Positions 36,458 through 48,871 are shown, numbered from the stretch's first letter. The stretch: 64,000 nt of DNA from an uncultured Gammaproteobacteria bacterium (GCA_964455815.1 CAYVYS010000007.1:2887-66886); one strand, 5' to 3'. Numbers and translations: made by a program. Notes: generated by a model from the letters alone, not told the origin.

Positions 36458-37786
36458 CTAGCCTTGTCTGTTCTGAAACAAGATCAAACCATTCAGCAAG
36501 TTGAACGCTTCGTTGAGCTGATAGTCGCGAGCCAGCAATGCCTGGGTCTCTTCAGATAAATCCATACGCTCAGCCTGATCTTGCTCATCATTATCGAGCC
36601 GGCCTGGTAGGTCGGCTTCTTTGATTCTCTCGAAGCCATCTTCTTGTTTGGCAAACTGCCGAGGTTCAACTAACACATCAGGGGTAATACCTTGAGCTTG
36701 GATTGAGTGATCGTCGGGTGTGTAATAACGTGCGGTGGTCAGCTTGATGGCTTCTCGCTCACCTAAATCCAATACGGTTTGCACCGAGCCCTTGCCAAAC
36801 GAATCGGTGCCTAAAATCAGTGCTCGCTTATGATCTTGTAGCGCACCGGCGACAATCTCTGAGGCACTCGCTGAACCACCGTTGATTAGCACTACCACAG
36901 GCTTGCCATTTAAAAGGTCTGTAGGCGTTGCTTTATAGGATTGATTGTTGGCTTGGTTTCGCGCTCGCGTCGAGACGATGGTGCCCTCTTTAACAAACAC
37001 ATCAGCAATCGAAATCGCACTGGTTAGCAAGCCACCTGGATTATTGCGTAAATCCAAAATAAGGCCGCCGAAGTTTTCTTTTTGCAGCAATTGATTTAGT
37101 TGTTTGCGAAAATTTTCTGCTGTGGCTATTTGGAATTGAGTAATGCGTAGATAGCCAATCTCATCGCTTAAGCTTTGACGCTTAACTGAGCTTAACCGCA
37201 CAATCGCTCTGGTTAACTCCACATCGAATGGGTCTGGCTCTGATTCGCGCAAAATAGTCAGCGTAATTTTTGTGCCCGGCTCCCCGCGCATACGTTCAGT
37301 CGCTTCCTGCAGGCTCAAACCAGAAACAGTTTTGCCATCCATGCGAATGATTAAGTCACCCGTTTGAATACCAGCTTCTGCCGCTGGTGTGTCATCAATT
37401 GGAGCGATCACTTTGACAAAACCGCCTTCCATTACCACTTCCATACCAAGCCCGGCGAAGGACCCGCTGGTGCCTTCACTCAAATCTTCGTAGCGCTCGT
37501 CTTTTAAGTAAACAGAATGTGGGTCAAGACCATTAAGCATGCCCTCAATAGCAAATTCGAGCAGTTGCTCATCACTCACAACTTCAACATAGTTAGCCTT
37601 GATGCGAGTAAACACCTCAGCAAAGGATTGAATTTGTTCTAAAGGCAGAGGAGTATTCGTCGCCGCCGTTATTTCATCATTCGGTTCGCCAGCTTGCTCA
37701 TCAGTTTGAGCTATTGCGGCTCCCGATAAAAATAGCGCAAGCACCATAGTGACGCTCGTTGAACATTGTTTAATAACTCGTTTCAT
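36458..37786 (-). CDS. ctpA: S41 carboxy-terminal processing protease
   Basis: LDPHS, PDZ GLG, DLRNNPGG, SASASE (catalytic Ser), FGKGSVQ, ARYYTP. Confidence 0.92.
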   Translation of the reverse strand: MKRVIKQCSTSVTMVLALFLSGAAIAQTDEQAGEPNDEITAATNTPLPLEQIQSFAEVFTRIKANYVEVVSDEQLLEFAIEGMLNGLDPHSVYLKDERYEDLSEGTSGSFAGLGMEVVMEGGFVKVIAPIDDTPAAEAGIQTGDLIIRMDGKTVSGLSLQEATERMRGEPGTKITLTILRESEPDPFDVELTRAIVRLSSVKRQSLSDEIGYLRITQFQIATAENFRKQLNQLLQKENFGGLILDLRNNPGGLLTSAISIADVFVKEGTIVSTRARNQANNQSYKATPTDLLNGKPVVVLINGGSASASEIVAGALQDHKRALILGTDSFGKGSVQTVLDLGEREAIKLTTARYYTPDDHSIQAQGITPDVLVEPRQFAKQEDGFERIKEADLPGRLDNDEQDQAERMDLSEETQALLARDYQLNEAFNLLNGLILFQNRQG

Positions 37787-37847
37787 AAATTAATTACCTT
37801 AACTGGCCACTGCTTTGATGACCACTGCATTACTGGTCAAACTTCCC

Positions 37848-39059
37848 TCATCGACACCAATCTTGAGGATTTACCGGGCGCGCATTATTACGGATCTCAA
37901 AGTATAGACCGTGCGACTTCAAACCACCTGTCACACCAGTTTGCGCTATTACTTCATTGGTCTCGACAGAATCCCCGACATTTTTAGTTAATGTCGCATT
38001 ATGACCATAAAGGCTAATGTGATCATCGCCATGGTCAACAATTATCAACAGACCATAACCTTTTAGAAAGTCGGCGAACAACACCTGACCTCTAAAAATA
38101 CTTTTCACCGCTTGCGAACCATCAGTGTTATAGAACAAGCCCTCTGATCGCATACCCGATTCAGCCAAACGCGCACCAAACCGCCGCTTAGGTTTAGTCG
38201 CTAGCGGACAATGCAGACGACCTTTTTGTTTGGCGAAGCCTCCCGGAATTATTGTTCTTGGTTTGGTCGGAGAAGCTGGTCTGGCTCGCTCTAACTCACG
38301 AAGCTTCTTGGCTTGCTCTTGTAAATTCTTCAACAAACCCTCAAGACGCCCACGGTTAGCTTGTAAAGTTTTTAACGACGACTCAGCATCTTTTATTTTT
38401 GCATCGAGCCGAGCGATGCTTAGCGCGCGTTGTTGGTTTTGTTGAGTTTGCTGCGCTCGCAGGTCTTTGAGCTTGGTTTGTTTGGTGCTAATTGCTTGCG
38501 CCTGGTCTGCTAACTCAGCTTGCAGCGCTAACACGCCTTGCATATCGCGGGTCACTGCCTGAAAACGATCCTTTAATGCCGCTTGATAATAGCTCTGGTA
38601 ATGCTGAAACCGACCCAAAGCGTAGGGGTTCTCTTGATTCAACACACTCATAAGATAGTTAACCTCGCCATTTACATATCTGTTTCGCAACAGGCTTACC
38701 AAGCCTAAGCGTGTTTGTTCTGCTGATTCTTGCTTTTGATCAAGGTCTTTTACTAACTGGTCTTGACGATTACTGACTTGTTCAAGCTCCGATGTTTGCT
38801 CAGCAAGTTGTTTGGATAGTGTGTTAAGAGATTTTTCTGCCGCTAATAACTCATCCTGCTCGTTATCACGAATGGCTTTATTGGCGTTTAGGTTATCCGT
38901 TACTTTACGAATTTCGCCGTTAATTTCCTTGATCGACTTTTCGTAATCGCTGGATGTGGTTTGTGCTGATATAGGCAGCGATAGAACCAAAAACAGCAAA
39001 ACCAGAACCAGCAGCAAAGCCAAATTAGCACGATAAATTTTTTCATTGATCATTAGCAT
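37848..39059 (-). CDS. envC: Murein hydrolase activator EnvC (coiled coil + degenerate M23)
   Basis: Long coiled coil; C-terminal YGLLIIVDHG..SLYGHN..LYFEIR; adjacent to ctpA. Confidence 0.88.
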   Translation of the reverse strand: MLMINEKIYRANLALLLVLVLLFLVLSLPISAQTTSSDYEKSIKEINGEIRKVTDNLNANKAIRDNEQDELLAAEKSLNTLSKQLAEQTSELEQVSNRQDQLVKDLDQKQESAEQTRLGLVSLLRNRYVNGEVNYLMSVLNQENPYALGRFQHYQSYYQAALKDRFQAVTRDMQGVLALQAELADQAQAISTKQTKLKDLRAQQTQQNQQRALSIARLDAKIKDAESSLKTLQANRGRLEGLLKNLQEQAKKLRELERARPASPTKPRTIIPGGFAKQKGRLHCPLATKPKRRFGARLAESGMRSEGLFYNTDGSQAVKSIFRGQVLFADFLKGYGLLIIVDHGDDHISLYGHNATLTKNVGDSVETNEVIAQTGVTGGLKSHGLYFEIRNNARPVNPQDWCR

Positions 39060-39218
39060 GTAAATTTGACTTTGTAGGGTATAATTCGCCGCTGATTTGA
39101 CTGGTGTCGAATCCTGATATTTTAAACCTTTACGCTGCGGTTGCCTTGTATTTTTCACCGTCGATTCGCTCCGCAAAGGTGGTTTCTACCAAGACAGCAA
39201 CTCATAAATGACAATACA

Positions 39219-39647
39219 ATGTTTATTGATTTTGTAAACCAGAACATTTGGTGGTTTGTGGCACTGGCTGTAGTAGCGAATATGCTGCTGTGGTCAATTG
39301 TTCAAAGCAATGTAGCCGGAGCCAAAATGGTTTCTGCGTTGGAAATGCCTGCCTTACAACGCAAGGGCAAATCGTTATTGCTAGACGTTAATAAGGCCGA
39401 AGATTTCGCTCGAGGTCATATTCCCGAGGCACTCAATATGCCTCTAGAGTCATTGAACACCGGAGATATTGCGCTCAGTAAACACAAGGAAAACCCCGTG
39501 ATTGTGATATGTCAAAGTGGCTCTCGTAGCGCAAAGGCTGCCAAAAGCCTGATTAAAGCCGGCTTTAGTAATGTCAATATTCTACGCGGCGGCCTGATGA
39601 GTTGGACTAAAGAAAACCTTCCTATAACCAGCAACCAAAAAGATTAA
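39219..39647 (+). CDS. Membrane-anchored rhodanese-like protein (YibN-like)
   Basis: N-terminal TM, GHIPEALN, VICQSGSRS, LRGGLMSW; upstream of secB. Confidence 0.86.
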   Translation: MFIDFVNQNIWWFVALAVVANMLLWSIVQSNVAGAKMVSALEMPALQRKGKSLLLDVNKAEDFARGHIPEALNMPLESLNTGDIALSKHKENPVIVICQSGSRSAKAAKSLIKAGFSNVNILRGGLMSWTKENLPITSNQKD

Positions 39648-39656
39648 GAGAAAATC

Positions 39657-40169
39657 ATGGCTGAAGAACATGCGGCTGCGCAACCGGCAGCTGAAAATAC
39701 TAATTCGGGCAATACCTTTGATATTCGAAAGATTTACATTAAAGATGCGTCCTTAGAATCACCACACGCCCCTGACATATTCTTAAATGATCCTGGCCAA
39801 CCTGAAGTTGGTGTCGAGTGCTCGATCAAGTCTCGATCTTTGAGCCAAGAGGGTTTTTACGAAGTATTACTCAGCATGACGATCACCTCAAAAATAGCTG
39901 ACAAAACCGCCTTTTTGGTTGAAGTGCAGCAAGCTGGTGTTTTTCATATTGTTGGTTTGCCAGAAAATGATTTGCCGCTTGCCTTGGAAATCGCTTGCCC
40001 CAATGTACTCTTACCCTTCGCTCGAGAAGCGGTTTCCGATTTGGTTGGTAAAGCTGGCTTTCCACAATTGTTATTGGCGCCGATCAACTTTGAAGCTTTG
40101 TTTCAACAAAAACTAGCTCACCAGGAAGCGCAAGCGAAGCAATCATCTGAACAAAGCAGCCCGACCTAA
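39657..40169 (+). CDS. secB: Protein export chaperone SecB
   Basis: IYIKDASLESP, EVQQAGVF, CPNVLLPFARE, PINFEALF. Confidence 0.96.
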   Translation: MAEEHAAAQPAAENTNSGNTFDIRKIYIKDASLESPHAPDIFLNDPGQPEVGVECSIKSRSLSQEGFYEVLLSMTITSKIADKTAFLVEVQQAGVFHIVGLPENDLPLALEIACPNVLLPFAREAVSDLVGKAGFPQLLLAPINFEALFQQKLAHQEAQAKQSSEQSSPT

Positions 40170-40274
40170 CAAAGTCGTCATTGTTCTTTAGGCAATTGTG
40201 ATCTAGTCTTTAGCTTAGAGCTGCCAAGACTGGTTATACTAATTTATTCGCTTTTGCTCGGGAGAGAGTCTGTT

Positions 40275-41042
40275 GTGACTAACCACATCCATACAAAACG
40301 TACAGCATATATAAGTGTCCACCTTATATCGATCTTCCTAATTGTTTGCCTGGGCAGCGCTTGTACTACGCTTTCTAAGACTGACGACCCTTTAGCTCAG
40401 CAGAGTGCCGACCCACTTGAAGGGTTTAATCGAGGTATGTTTGCTTTTAACAGTACTGCCGATAAAAATGTTCTTAGACCAGTCGCCAGCGCTTATAGCT
40501 CAACCTTACCAAAGCCTGCTCGGATTGGAGTTACTAACTTTTTTGCTAATTTGGGCGAGCCCTTGAACATGGTAAATAACTTGCTACAAGGAAAGGCTAA
40601 CGGTGCTCTAGTTTCCACTTACCGGTTTGCGGTGAATAGTACGGTTGGTGTTCTGGGTTTAATCGACGTTGCCAAGTATCACAATGTCGAACGTAAACCC
40701 GAAGACCTTGGTCAGACTCTTGCGGCCTGGGGCGTCAAACCAGGGCCTTATCTGGTATTGCCCTTTTTAGGCCCGAGCAATATTCGCGACGGTGCTGGTG
40801 GCTTAGTCTCAAGCGCAGTTTACTATCCATTTAATGAGATCACCGACGACGCTACAGGGCGAATAGCGCTTACGGTTTTAAGTGCGGTGGATACCCGTTC
40901 GCAGTTTTTGGACATTGATCAAGCTTTACAGGCTCAACCAGACCCTTATTTATTCATGAAGTCTATCTACGAGACGAGCCGCCTAGAAGCAATCTATGAT
41001 GGCGATCCGCCTGAGTTAGAAGACGACTCAGACGACTTTTAA
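40275..41042 (+). CDS. mlaA: MlaA/VacJ family lipoprotein
   Basis: Lipobox GSAC; DPLEGFNR, NSTVGVLGLIDVA, EDLGQTL, GPYLVLPFLGPS, DPY. GTG start assumed. Confidence 0.9.
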   Translation: MTNHIHTKRTAYISVHLISIFLIVCLGSACTTLSKTDDPLAQQSADPLEGFNRGMFAFNSTADKNVLRPVASAYSSTLPKPARIGVTNFFANLGEPLNMVNNLLQGKANGALVSTYRFAVNSTVGVLGLIDVAKYHNVERKPEDLGQTLAAWGVKPGPYLVLPFLGPSNIRDGAGGLVSSAVYYPFNEITDDATGRIALTVLSAVDTRSQFLDIDQALQAQPDPYLFMKSIYETSRLEAIYDGDPPELEDDSDDF

Positions 41043-41055
41043 CGTTCCCACATCG

Positions 41056-41880
41056 ATGGCCGTTTATGCCGTAGGAGATATACAGGGCTGTTACGATCCC
41101 TTACGAAAACTCTTAGACCAGGTTAAATTTGACCCGAGTTCCGACACACTTTATTGTGTTGGCGACCTTGTTAATCGCGGGCCTAAATCATTGAAAACAC
41201 TACGTTTTTTAATGAGTTTAGATGATGCTTGCGTATCGGTTTTGGGTAATCACGATATCCATCTTTTAGCGATGATCTATGGCCTTCGCCAACCAAGAGC
41301 AACTGACACGCTGGACAAAATCTTAGCGGCCCCAGATGTAAGCCAAATCGGAGATTGGCTGCGCTCCAGGCCTTTATTGGAAGTTAATAAAAAGCGGCGA
41401 ATGGTGGTTTGTCATGCCGGTATCTACCCATGGTGGAGCTTAAAATTTGCTCGCAAACGTTGTAATGAAGTCGAAGCTGTTTTTAAAGATAAAGAACAAT
41501 GTATCGACTTGTTAGGGAAAATTTATTCGAACAAACCGCTGCGCTGGTCGAGTGATTTGACCAAAACTCAGCGTTGTCGTTTTACCATCAATGCGCTTAC
41601 CAGAATGCGATTCTGTTCTCCAAAAGGTAGATTAAATTTCAAAGATAATGGCTACGTCGGTATGGTTACTGACACCCGAGTGCCATGGTTTGACTTTAAT
41701 AACCCTGGTTTAAGCGGATGGCGCGTTGTGTTTGGCCATTGGTCATCGTTGGGTTTGTTGATTCGGCCTAAGCTACTAGGGCTAGATACAGGTTGTGTTT
41801 GGGGTCGTGAGCTAACATTAGCTAAAATACCCAAATCTATAGATGGTCCTATCAAACTCTATAGCCAAAAGAATAATTAG
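41056..41880 (+). CDS. apaH: Symmetrical bis(5'-nucleosyl)-tetraphosphatase
   Basis: GDIQGC, GDLVNRGP, LGNHD, HAG, FGHWS, DTGCVWG. Confidence 0.95.
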   Translation: MAVYAVGDIQGCYDPLRKLLDQVKFDPSSDTLYCVGDLVNRGPKSLKTLRFLMSLDDACVSVLGNHDIHLLAMIYGLRQPRATDTLDKILAAPDVSQIGDWLRSRPLLEVNKKRRMVVCHAGIYPWWSLKFARKRCNEVEAVFKDKEQCIDLLGKIYSNKPLRWSSDLTKTQRCRFTINALTRMRFCSPKGRLNFKDNGYVGMVTDTRVPWFDFNNPGLSGWRVVFGHWSSLGLLIRPKLLGLDTGCVWGRELTLAKIPKSIDGPIKLYSQKNN

Positions 41881-41884
41881 ATTT

Positions 41885-42289
41885 ATGAGTACCGATAATT
41901 CCAAGGTTACTGCCCAGGCCGAAGCACAATATATTCCTCAACAGTCTGATCCTGAGAGCAAACGCTATGTGTTTAGCTATACCATTTCGATTCACAATGA
42001 GTCGAAGCGAGCTTGTCAGTTGTTATCACGCCACTGGGTGATCCAAGACGCTAATCATAAGGTTGAGGAAGTTTATGGCGAAGGTGTAATTGGAGAGCAG
42101 CCGGTAATTCAACCTGGCGAAACTTACACCTACACTTCTGGTGCCATTCTCGAAACTGAAATGGGCACTATGGAAGGCCGCTATTTTATGGTCAGAACAT
42201 TAACAACCGATGATCAAAAACCACAAGTTGAAGAGTTTGAAATTCCGGTACCTAAATTCCTGCTCTGCATCCCACGAACCCTGCATTAA
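41885..42289 (+). CDS. apaG: ApaG (Co2+/Mg2+ efflux-associated) protein
   Basis: YVFSYTI, QLLSRHW.I, GEGVIGEQP, YTSGAILET..GTMEG.Y. Confidence 0.95.
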   Translation: MSTDNSKVTAQAEAQYIPQQSDPESKRYVFSYTISIHNESKRACQLLSRHWVIQDANHKVEEVYGEGVIGEQPVIQPGETYTYTSGAILETEMGTMEGRYFMVRTLTTDDQKPQVEEFEIPVPKFLLCIPRTLH

Positions 42290-42439
42290 CATTGCTTAAA
42301 TTTTAAGCGAAAAATAGCCGCGTTTTGCCACTTCTTATGAGTATAGTATCGAGCCAAAAAAAAAGATTTACGAGAGCGAGATTAAACTTTCGTGTTTTTA
42401 TTCATTTTTATCTTTAACTTTTTGATTTTAAAGGTTTTT

Positions 42440-44899
<2,460 letters not shown>

Positions 44900-44916
44900 T
44901 CAGCCCCATTTTTAGA

Positions 44917-44932
44917 TGTTTCACGTGAAACA
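44917..44932. other. parS site (perfect)
   Basis: TGTTTCACGTGAAACA is the canonical 16-bp palindromic parS. Confidence 0.93.
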
Positions 44933-44944
44933 TAATGTGAGAAT

Positions 44945-44960
44945 TGTTCCACGTGAAACA
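44945..44960. other. parS site (one mismatch from the palindrome)
   Basis: TGTTCCACGTGAAACA, 12 bp from the first site. Confidence 0.9.
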
Positions 44961-44961
44961 T

Positions 44962-44988
44962 AAAAAAAGCCGGGGTATTAGACCCGGC
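44962..44988 (-). terminator. Intrinsic terminator after dnaN
   Basis: Minus strand GCCGGG-N8-CCCGGC followed by TTTTTTT. Confidence 0.75.
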
Positions 44989-45012
44989 CTGGTTTATCGT
45001 TTTCTTTTGATT

Positions 45013-46119
45013 TTATAAGCGCATCGGCATAATCAGATAAAGCGTGTCGTTTGATCCTTTAGCATGAAAGGTGCAACTTGTGTTTGGGTCTAATAAACCA
45101 AGCTCTATATGTTCAGATTCGCACGCTTTTAATGCTTCAAGTAGGTAATTCACATTGAATCCTATCTCTAGCGCATCACCACCATAGTTGACTTCCATCT
45201 CGTCTTTAGCATGTTCTTGATCTGGATTGTGAGACCTTACCTCTAATATTGATTCTCCGACACTTAAGGAAACGCCGCGAAACTTTTCATTACTTAAGAT
45301 CGCTGCCCTATTTAATATTTCTATTAATTTAGCTCGATCGATTACAACATTTTTATCAAGATTCGCAGGGATGACTTTTTCATAGTCAGGAAAACGACCA
45401 TCAATCAGTTTAGAGATAAATTTAAACCCACCAGACTCGATAGATAAATGACTGGCGTTTATGCGAACCTTAACTTGATCTTCACTATTAGGATCTAGGA
45501 ATTTACCAATCTCAAGCACCGCTTTGCGTGGCACGATGCTTTGCACCATTTCAATATCCAGTGGATCAACCTGAATTTGGGTCTTTGCTAAACGATGGCC
45601 ATCGGTGGCTACAGAGATTATGTGATCGTTATGAATTTCCAATAATAAACCATTTAGAAAATACCTAACGTCTTGTTGCGCCATAGAGAACGACGTTTCG
45701 GTTAGAAGACGATTCAACTGCTGTTGCTGAAGAAAGAATTCATGCTTCCATTGCGTTTCTTCAAGCCGAGGATAATCATCAGCGCTCAAAGTCTGTAACG
45801 TGAATCGACTCTTACCTGCTTTAACAACCATTTTATTATCATGCTCAACATCTAAGTTAAGCATGGATTCAGCAGGTAATGAGCGACATATATCGAATAG
45901 TTTACGAGCAGACACTGTCGTTTTCCCATTTCCTCCCTGGACACCAGATACTATGGTTGTGATCTCTGTTTCCAAATCAGAACCAACCATTGTTAATTCA
46001 CTATCAGTTAGGCTGATATAGACATTTCCCAAGATCGGGAGTGTTTGCCTTTTTTCAACTACCCCGATGATTTGAGATAGTGGAGCTTCGAGGATTTCCT
46101 TTTGAATATTAATATTCAT
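45013..46119 (-). CDS. dnaN: DNA polymerase III beta clamp
   Basis: QTLPILGNV, DLETE, QQDVRYFLNG, VATDGHRL, IDGRFPDY, IMPMRL. Confidence 0.98.
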   Translation of the reverse strand: MNINIQKEILEAPLSQIIGVVEKRQTLPILGNVYISLTDSELTMVGSDLETEITTIVSGVQGGNGKTTVSARKLFDICRSLPAESMLNLDVEHDNKMVVKAGKSRFTLQTLSADDYPRLEETQWKHEFFLQQQQLNRLLTETSFSMAQQDVRYFLNGLLLEIHNDHIISVATDGHRLAKTQIQVDPLDIEMVQSIVPRKAVLEIGKFLDPNSEDQVKVRINASHLSIESGGFKFISKLIDGRFPDYEKVIPANLDKNVVIDRAKLIEILNRAAILSNEKFRGVSLSVGESILEVRSHNPDQEHAKDEMEVNYGGDALEIGFNVNYLLEALKACESEHIELGLLDPNTSCTFHAKGSNDTLYLIMPMRL

Positions 46120-46337
46120 GTTTTAGTATCTGTTTATTACTGTTTTTATTAGTAAGTCGGATAAGTCGAATAAAGACTAAAAATAGTTTTATTTCAGCAA
46201 CTTAACGAGCGATTTTGGTGTTGATAAGCTTCTGCAAATTCTTTGGTAAAGCTGTGGATGAATTGTGCATAAAGTTTATTAATAAATCATACCGTATTTA
46301 TACCGAAGTTATCCACAGCTTAGTTTTCGTGATTGAT
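46120..46337. other. Candidate replication origin (oriC): DnaA-box cluster plus AT-rich tract
   Basis: TTATCCACA (46309-46317), TGTGCATAA (46264-46272), TGTGGATGA (46253-46261), TGTTGATAA (46219-46227); AT-rich stretch at about 46120-46200. Confidence 0.7.
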
Positions 46338-47687
46338 CTAAACGCTTAGTATCGCCAATAACTTGTCGTAATCGTCTTTTATTTTGTTATCTGTTTTTGC
46401 CAACTCATCAACCTTTTTGCAAGCGTGGATAACGGTAGTATGGTCTCGCCCACCAAAGGCATCTCCAATGTCTGGCAAACTCATACTGGTTAATTCTTTA
46501 GCCAGTGACATAGCTATTTGCCTTGGCCGGGCTATTTGTCGATTACGGCGTTTAGACTTCAATTCAGAAACCCGGATGCCAAAATAATCCGCCACCGTTT
46601 TTTGAATATTCTCCATCGAGATTTTGCGCTCTTGAAATAGTGTTAAATCTTGCAGTGTGTCTTTAGCAAGCTCTAAATCAATTTCTCGGTTAGAAAATCG
46701 AGAACTAGCGGCTAGTCGGTGCAGAGCGCCCTCTAATTCACGAACATTATGACGAATTTTCTTTGCTACCATAAATGCCACGTCATCCGACAAATCAATT
46801 TTGTTCTTTCGAGCTTTATTTTTAAGAATTGCGACTCGAGTTTCTAACTCAGGCGGATCTATCCGCACCGTTAAACCACTTTCAAAACGCGATGTTAATC
46901 TTTCTTGTAAGTTGTTGATTTCTTTAGGGAATTTATCGCTTGTTAGAATGATTTGGCTATTGGTTTCTAATAAGGTATTAAAGGTATGAAAGAATTCTTC
47001 CTGAGATTGGTTTTTACCAGCAAAAAACTGAATATCGTCAATTAATAAGGCATCCAATGACCGATAATATTGTTTAAACTTTTCCATGGTGCCGGTTTCG
47101 AGTGATTTAACCATGTCAGAAACGAACCGTTCCGAATGCACATAGGCGACTCGAGCATTCGACTTATTTTCTCGAATTAAATTACCAGCAGCATGCATTA
47201 GATGGGTTTTACCTAAACCCACTCCACCATAGATAAATAAAGGGTTATAAGCGCTTCCAGGATTTTCACTGACTTGTTTAGTTGCCGCGCGAGCAATCTG
47301 GTTGGACTTACCTTCAATGTGATTCGCAAATGTAAAGGCCCCATTCAAAACATTAGTACCAAACGGTGTGCTCATTTCATCGAAATCTTCGGACCCGTCA
47401 GTTTCTGTGTTGACTGATGGCACAGCTTGAGATGAGCCAATAGTGGCGCTTTCTAAGGCCAGCGAGATGCCTTTATCGTTACCAGCGAAGTGTTTTACGG
47501 TCTTGGTAAGTTGTTCGAGTAGATTATCGTTTAACCAGTCTTTGATAAACCGGTTTGGCGCGTACAAAACAAGCCCCTTGTCATTATCACTGACATACAG
47601 AGGCCGAACCCAGGTATTAAAATCGCGGGCTTCGACTTCGTCTTCAAGTTTACTTAAACAGCGTTCCCAGAGGGCCGAATTTAGCAT
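46338..47687 (-). CDS. dnaA: Chromosomal replication initiator DnaA
   Basis: YNPLFIYGGVGLGKTHL, LIDDIQFF, QEEFFHTFN, NVRELEG, RPRQIAM, FGGRDHTTV. Confidence 0.99.
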   Translation of the reverse strand: MLNSALWERCLSKLEDEVEARDFNTWVRPLYVSDNDKGLVLYAPNRFIKDWLNDNLLEQLTKTVKHFAGNDKGISLALESATIGSSQAVPSVNTETDGSEDFDEMSTPFGTNVLNGAFTFANHIEGKSNQIARAATKQVSENPGSAYNPLFIYGGVGLGKTHLMHAAGNLIRENKSNARVAYVHSERFVSDMVKSLETGTMEKFKQYYRSLDALLIDDIQFFAGKNQSQEEFFHTFNTLLETNSQIILTSDKFPKEINNLQERLTSRFESGLTVRIDPPELETRVAILKNKARKNKIDLSDDVAFMVAKKIRHNVRELEGALHRLAASSRFSNREIDLELAKDTLQDLTLFQERKISMENIQKTVADYFGIRVSELKSKRRNRQIARPRQIAMSLAKELTSMSLPDIGDAFGGRDHTTVIHACKKVDELAKTDNKIKDDYDKLLAILSV

Positions 47688-47884
47688 GGTGAATAGGTTT
47701 TTTTACTAAGTACTCTCAAAGAAGTACTTTAGATTAATTTAGTAGAGTGATTCCCTTTGAGAATTTCTAACATCTCTTTATAACGTACCTTATTAACGAA
47801 ACTACTCAACGTAACTACCAGAAAATCGAAACGCATAGCCAAAGGTGATAACCACCGTTTTTTGTTCTCATTACGCGGCCGGAT

Positions 47885-47914
47885 ACTATACCGCTCGGCC
47901 TTGGGGTTAGACAA
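47885..47914 (-). promoter_or_regulatory. Putative sigma70 promoter of dnaA
   Basis: Minus strand TTGTCT-N18-TATAGT with an upstream T-tract and GC-rich discriminator. Confidence 0.5.
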
Positions 47915-47992
47915 TAAAAAAAGCGCTCAGTTAGAGGCTTTTAATAATTAAATAAACAACAATAAATAGATCGAAAGAATCCTTTTAAGTGG

Positions 47993-48021
47993 TTGACTCA
48001 GAACGGCAAAATTAGTACCTT
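47993..48021 (+). promoter_or_regulatory. Putative sigma70 promoter of rpmH
   Basis: TTGACT-N17-TACCTT followed by GC-rich TGCCGCCC discriminator. Confidence 0.45.
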
Positions 48022-48118
48022 TGCCGCCCGTTTGCCGCGGGTCAACAGGCCAGCAAGCCGTTTTATATGATTACGTGGCATCAGACAAACAATTTTAATC
48101 CGTATTCAGGGTGACACC

Positions 48119-48253
48119 ATGAAACGTCCATTTCAACCGAGCCAAATTAAGCGTAAGCGCACACACGGTTTTAGAGCGCGTATGCGTACTAAAAGTGGTC
48201 GCGCTGTGATCAAAGCCCGACGAGCTAAAGGCCGAGCAGTGCTCTCAGCCTAG
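48119..48253 (+). CDS. rpmH: 50S ribosomal protein L34 (absent from the ORF track, 44 aa)
   Basis: Manual translation gives [44 protein letters not shown]. Confidence 0.98.
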   Translation: MKRPFQPSQIKRKRTHGFRARMRTKSGRAVIKARRAKGRAVLSA

Positions 48254-48340
48254 CTGGGTGTAGGTTCTAGGTTCTTAAAGCAGACCTTATTCGATTTCAT
48301 CGGATAGAACAAATTGACTACCCTTTCTCTTGCAAGGGTG

Positions 48341-48397
48341 AAAAAAGGGCTCTCTAGCAAAACTGTTTTGTGCAGTGTTAAGCAGAGAGCCTTTTTT
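48341..48397. terminator. Long, potentially bidirectional terminator-like stem-loop between rpmH and rnpA
   Basis: AAAAAAGGGCTCTCT ... AGAGAGCCTTTTTT with inner ACTG/CAGT pairing. Confidence 0.6.
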
Positions 48398-48478
48398 ATT
48401 TAATTTCTCTTTTTTCTTTAAGTCAAAAACCATCAATCGTTTGATTTAACGGTTTTCTCCAGCAAAAAGCCTACTAAT

Positions 48479-48871
48479 TTGTCGTCAAATTTTACATATC
48501 CAAAATCGAAACGGATCCTGAATAACAAGGAGTTTCGTCGGCTCTACCGCAGCTCACAACGAGGCAGTAGCACACACTTTGGCTATCATGTGGCGGCGAG
48601 CGAGCAAAACGAAAGTCGCTTGGGCGTTACGGTTTCCAAAAAGGTTTCAAAATCCGCGGTGGATCGAAATAGAATAAAAAGGGAAGTGAGAGAGTTCTTT
48701 CGTTTACATCAACACCAACTAGCTCATACCGATTTAGTGGTAACAGCCAGGGCTAGTTGCCTCAAAGTGAGCAGTGAAGAACGTCAAAACGAGTTGCAAA
48801 AGCTATGGCAAAAGGTAAAAAAATGGCGAGCCTGGCACGATCGAACGCACACGCAGGCCGATGATAGTTAA
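48479..48871 (+). CDS. rnpA: Ribonuclease P protein component
   Basis: [25 protein letters not shown] (RNR motif), DLVV. TTG start. Confidence 0.93.
   Translation: MSSNFTYPKSKRILNNKEFRRLYRSSQRGSSTHFGYHVAASEQNESRLGVTVSKKVSKSAVDRNRIKREVREFFRLHQHQLAHTDLVVTARASCLKVSSEERQNELQKLWQKVKKWRAWHDRTHTQADDS

Noticed and set aside
47729-47914. 61-aa ORF upstream of dnaA
   Set aside because: It overlaps the predicted dnaA promoter and 5' UTR, has a TTG start and no homology cues.
47688-48118. oriC between dnaA and rpmH, as in Pseudomonas
   Set aside because: No 9-mer within one mismatch of TTATCCACA was found; the region is explained by divergent promoters.
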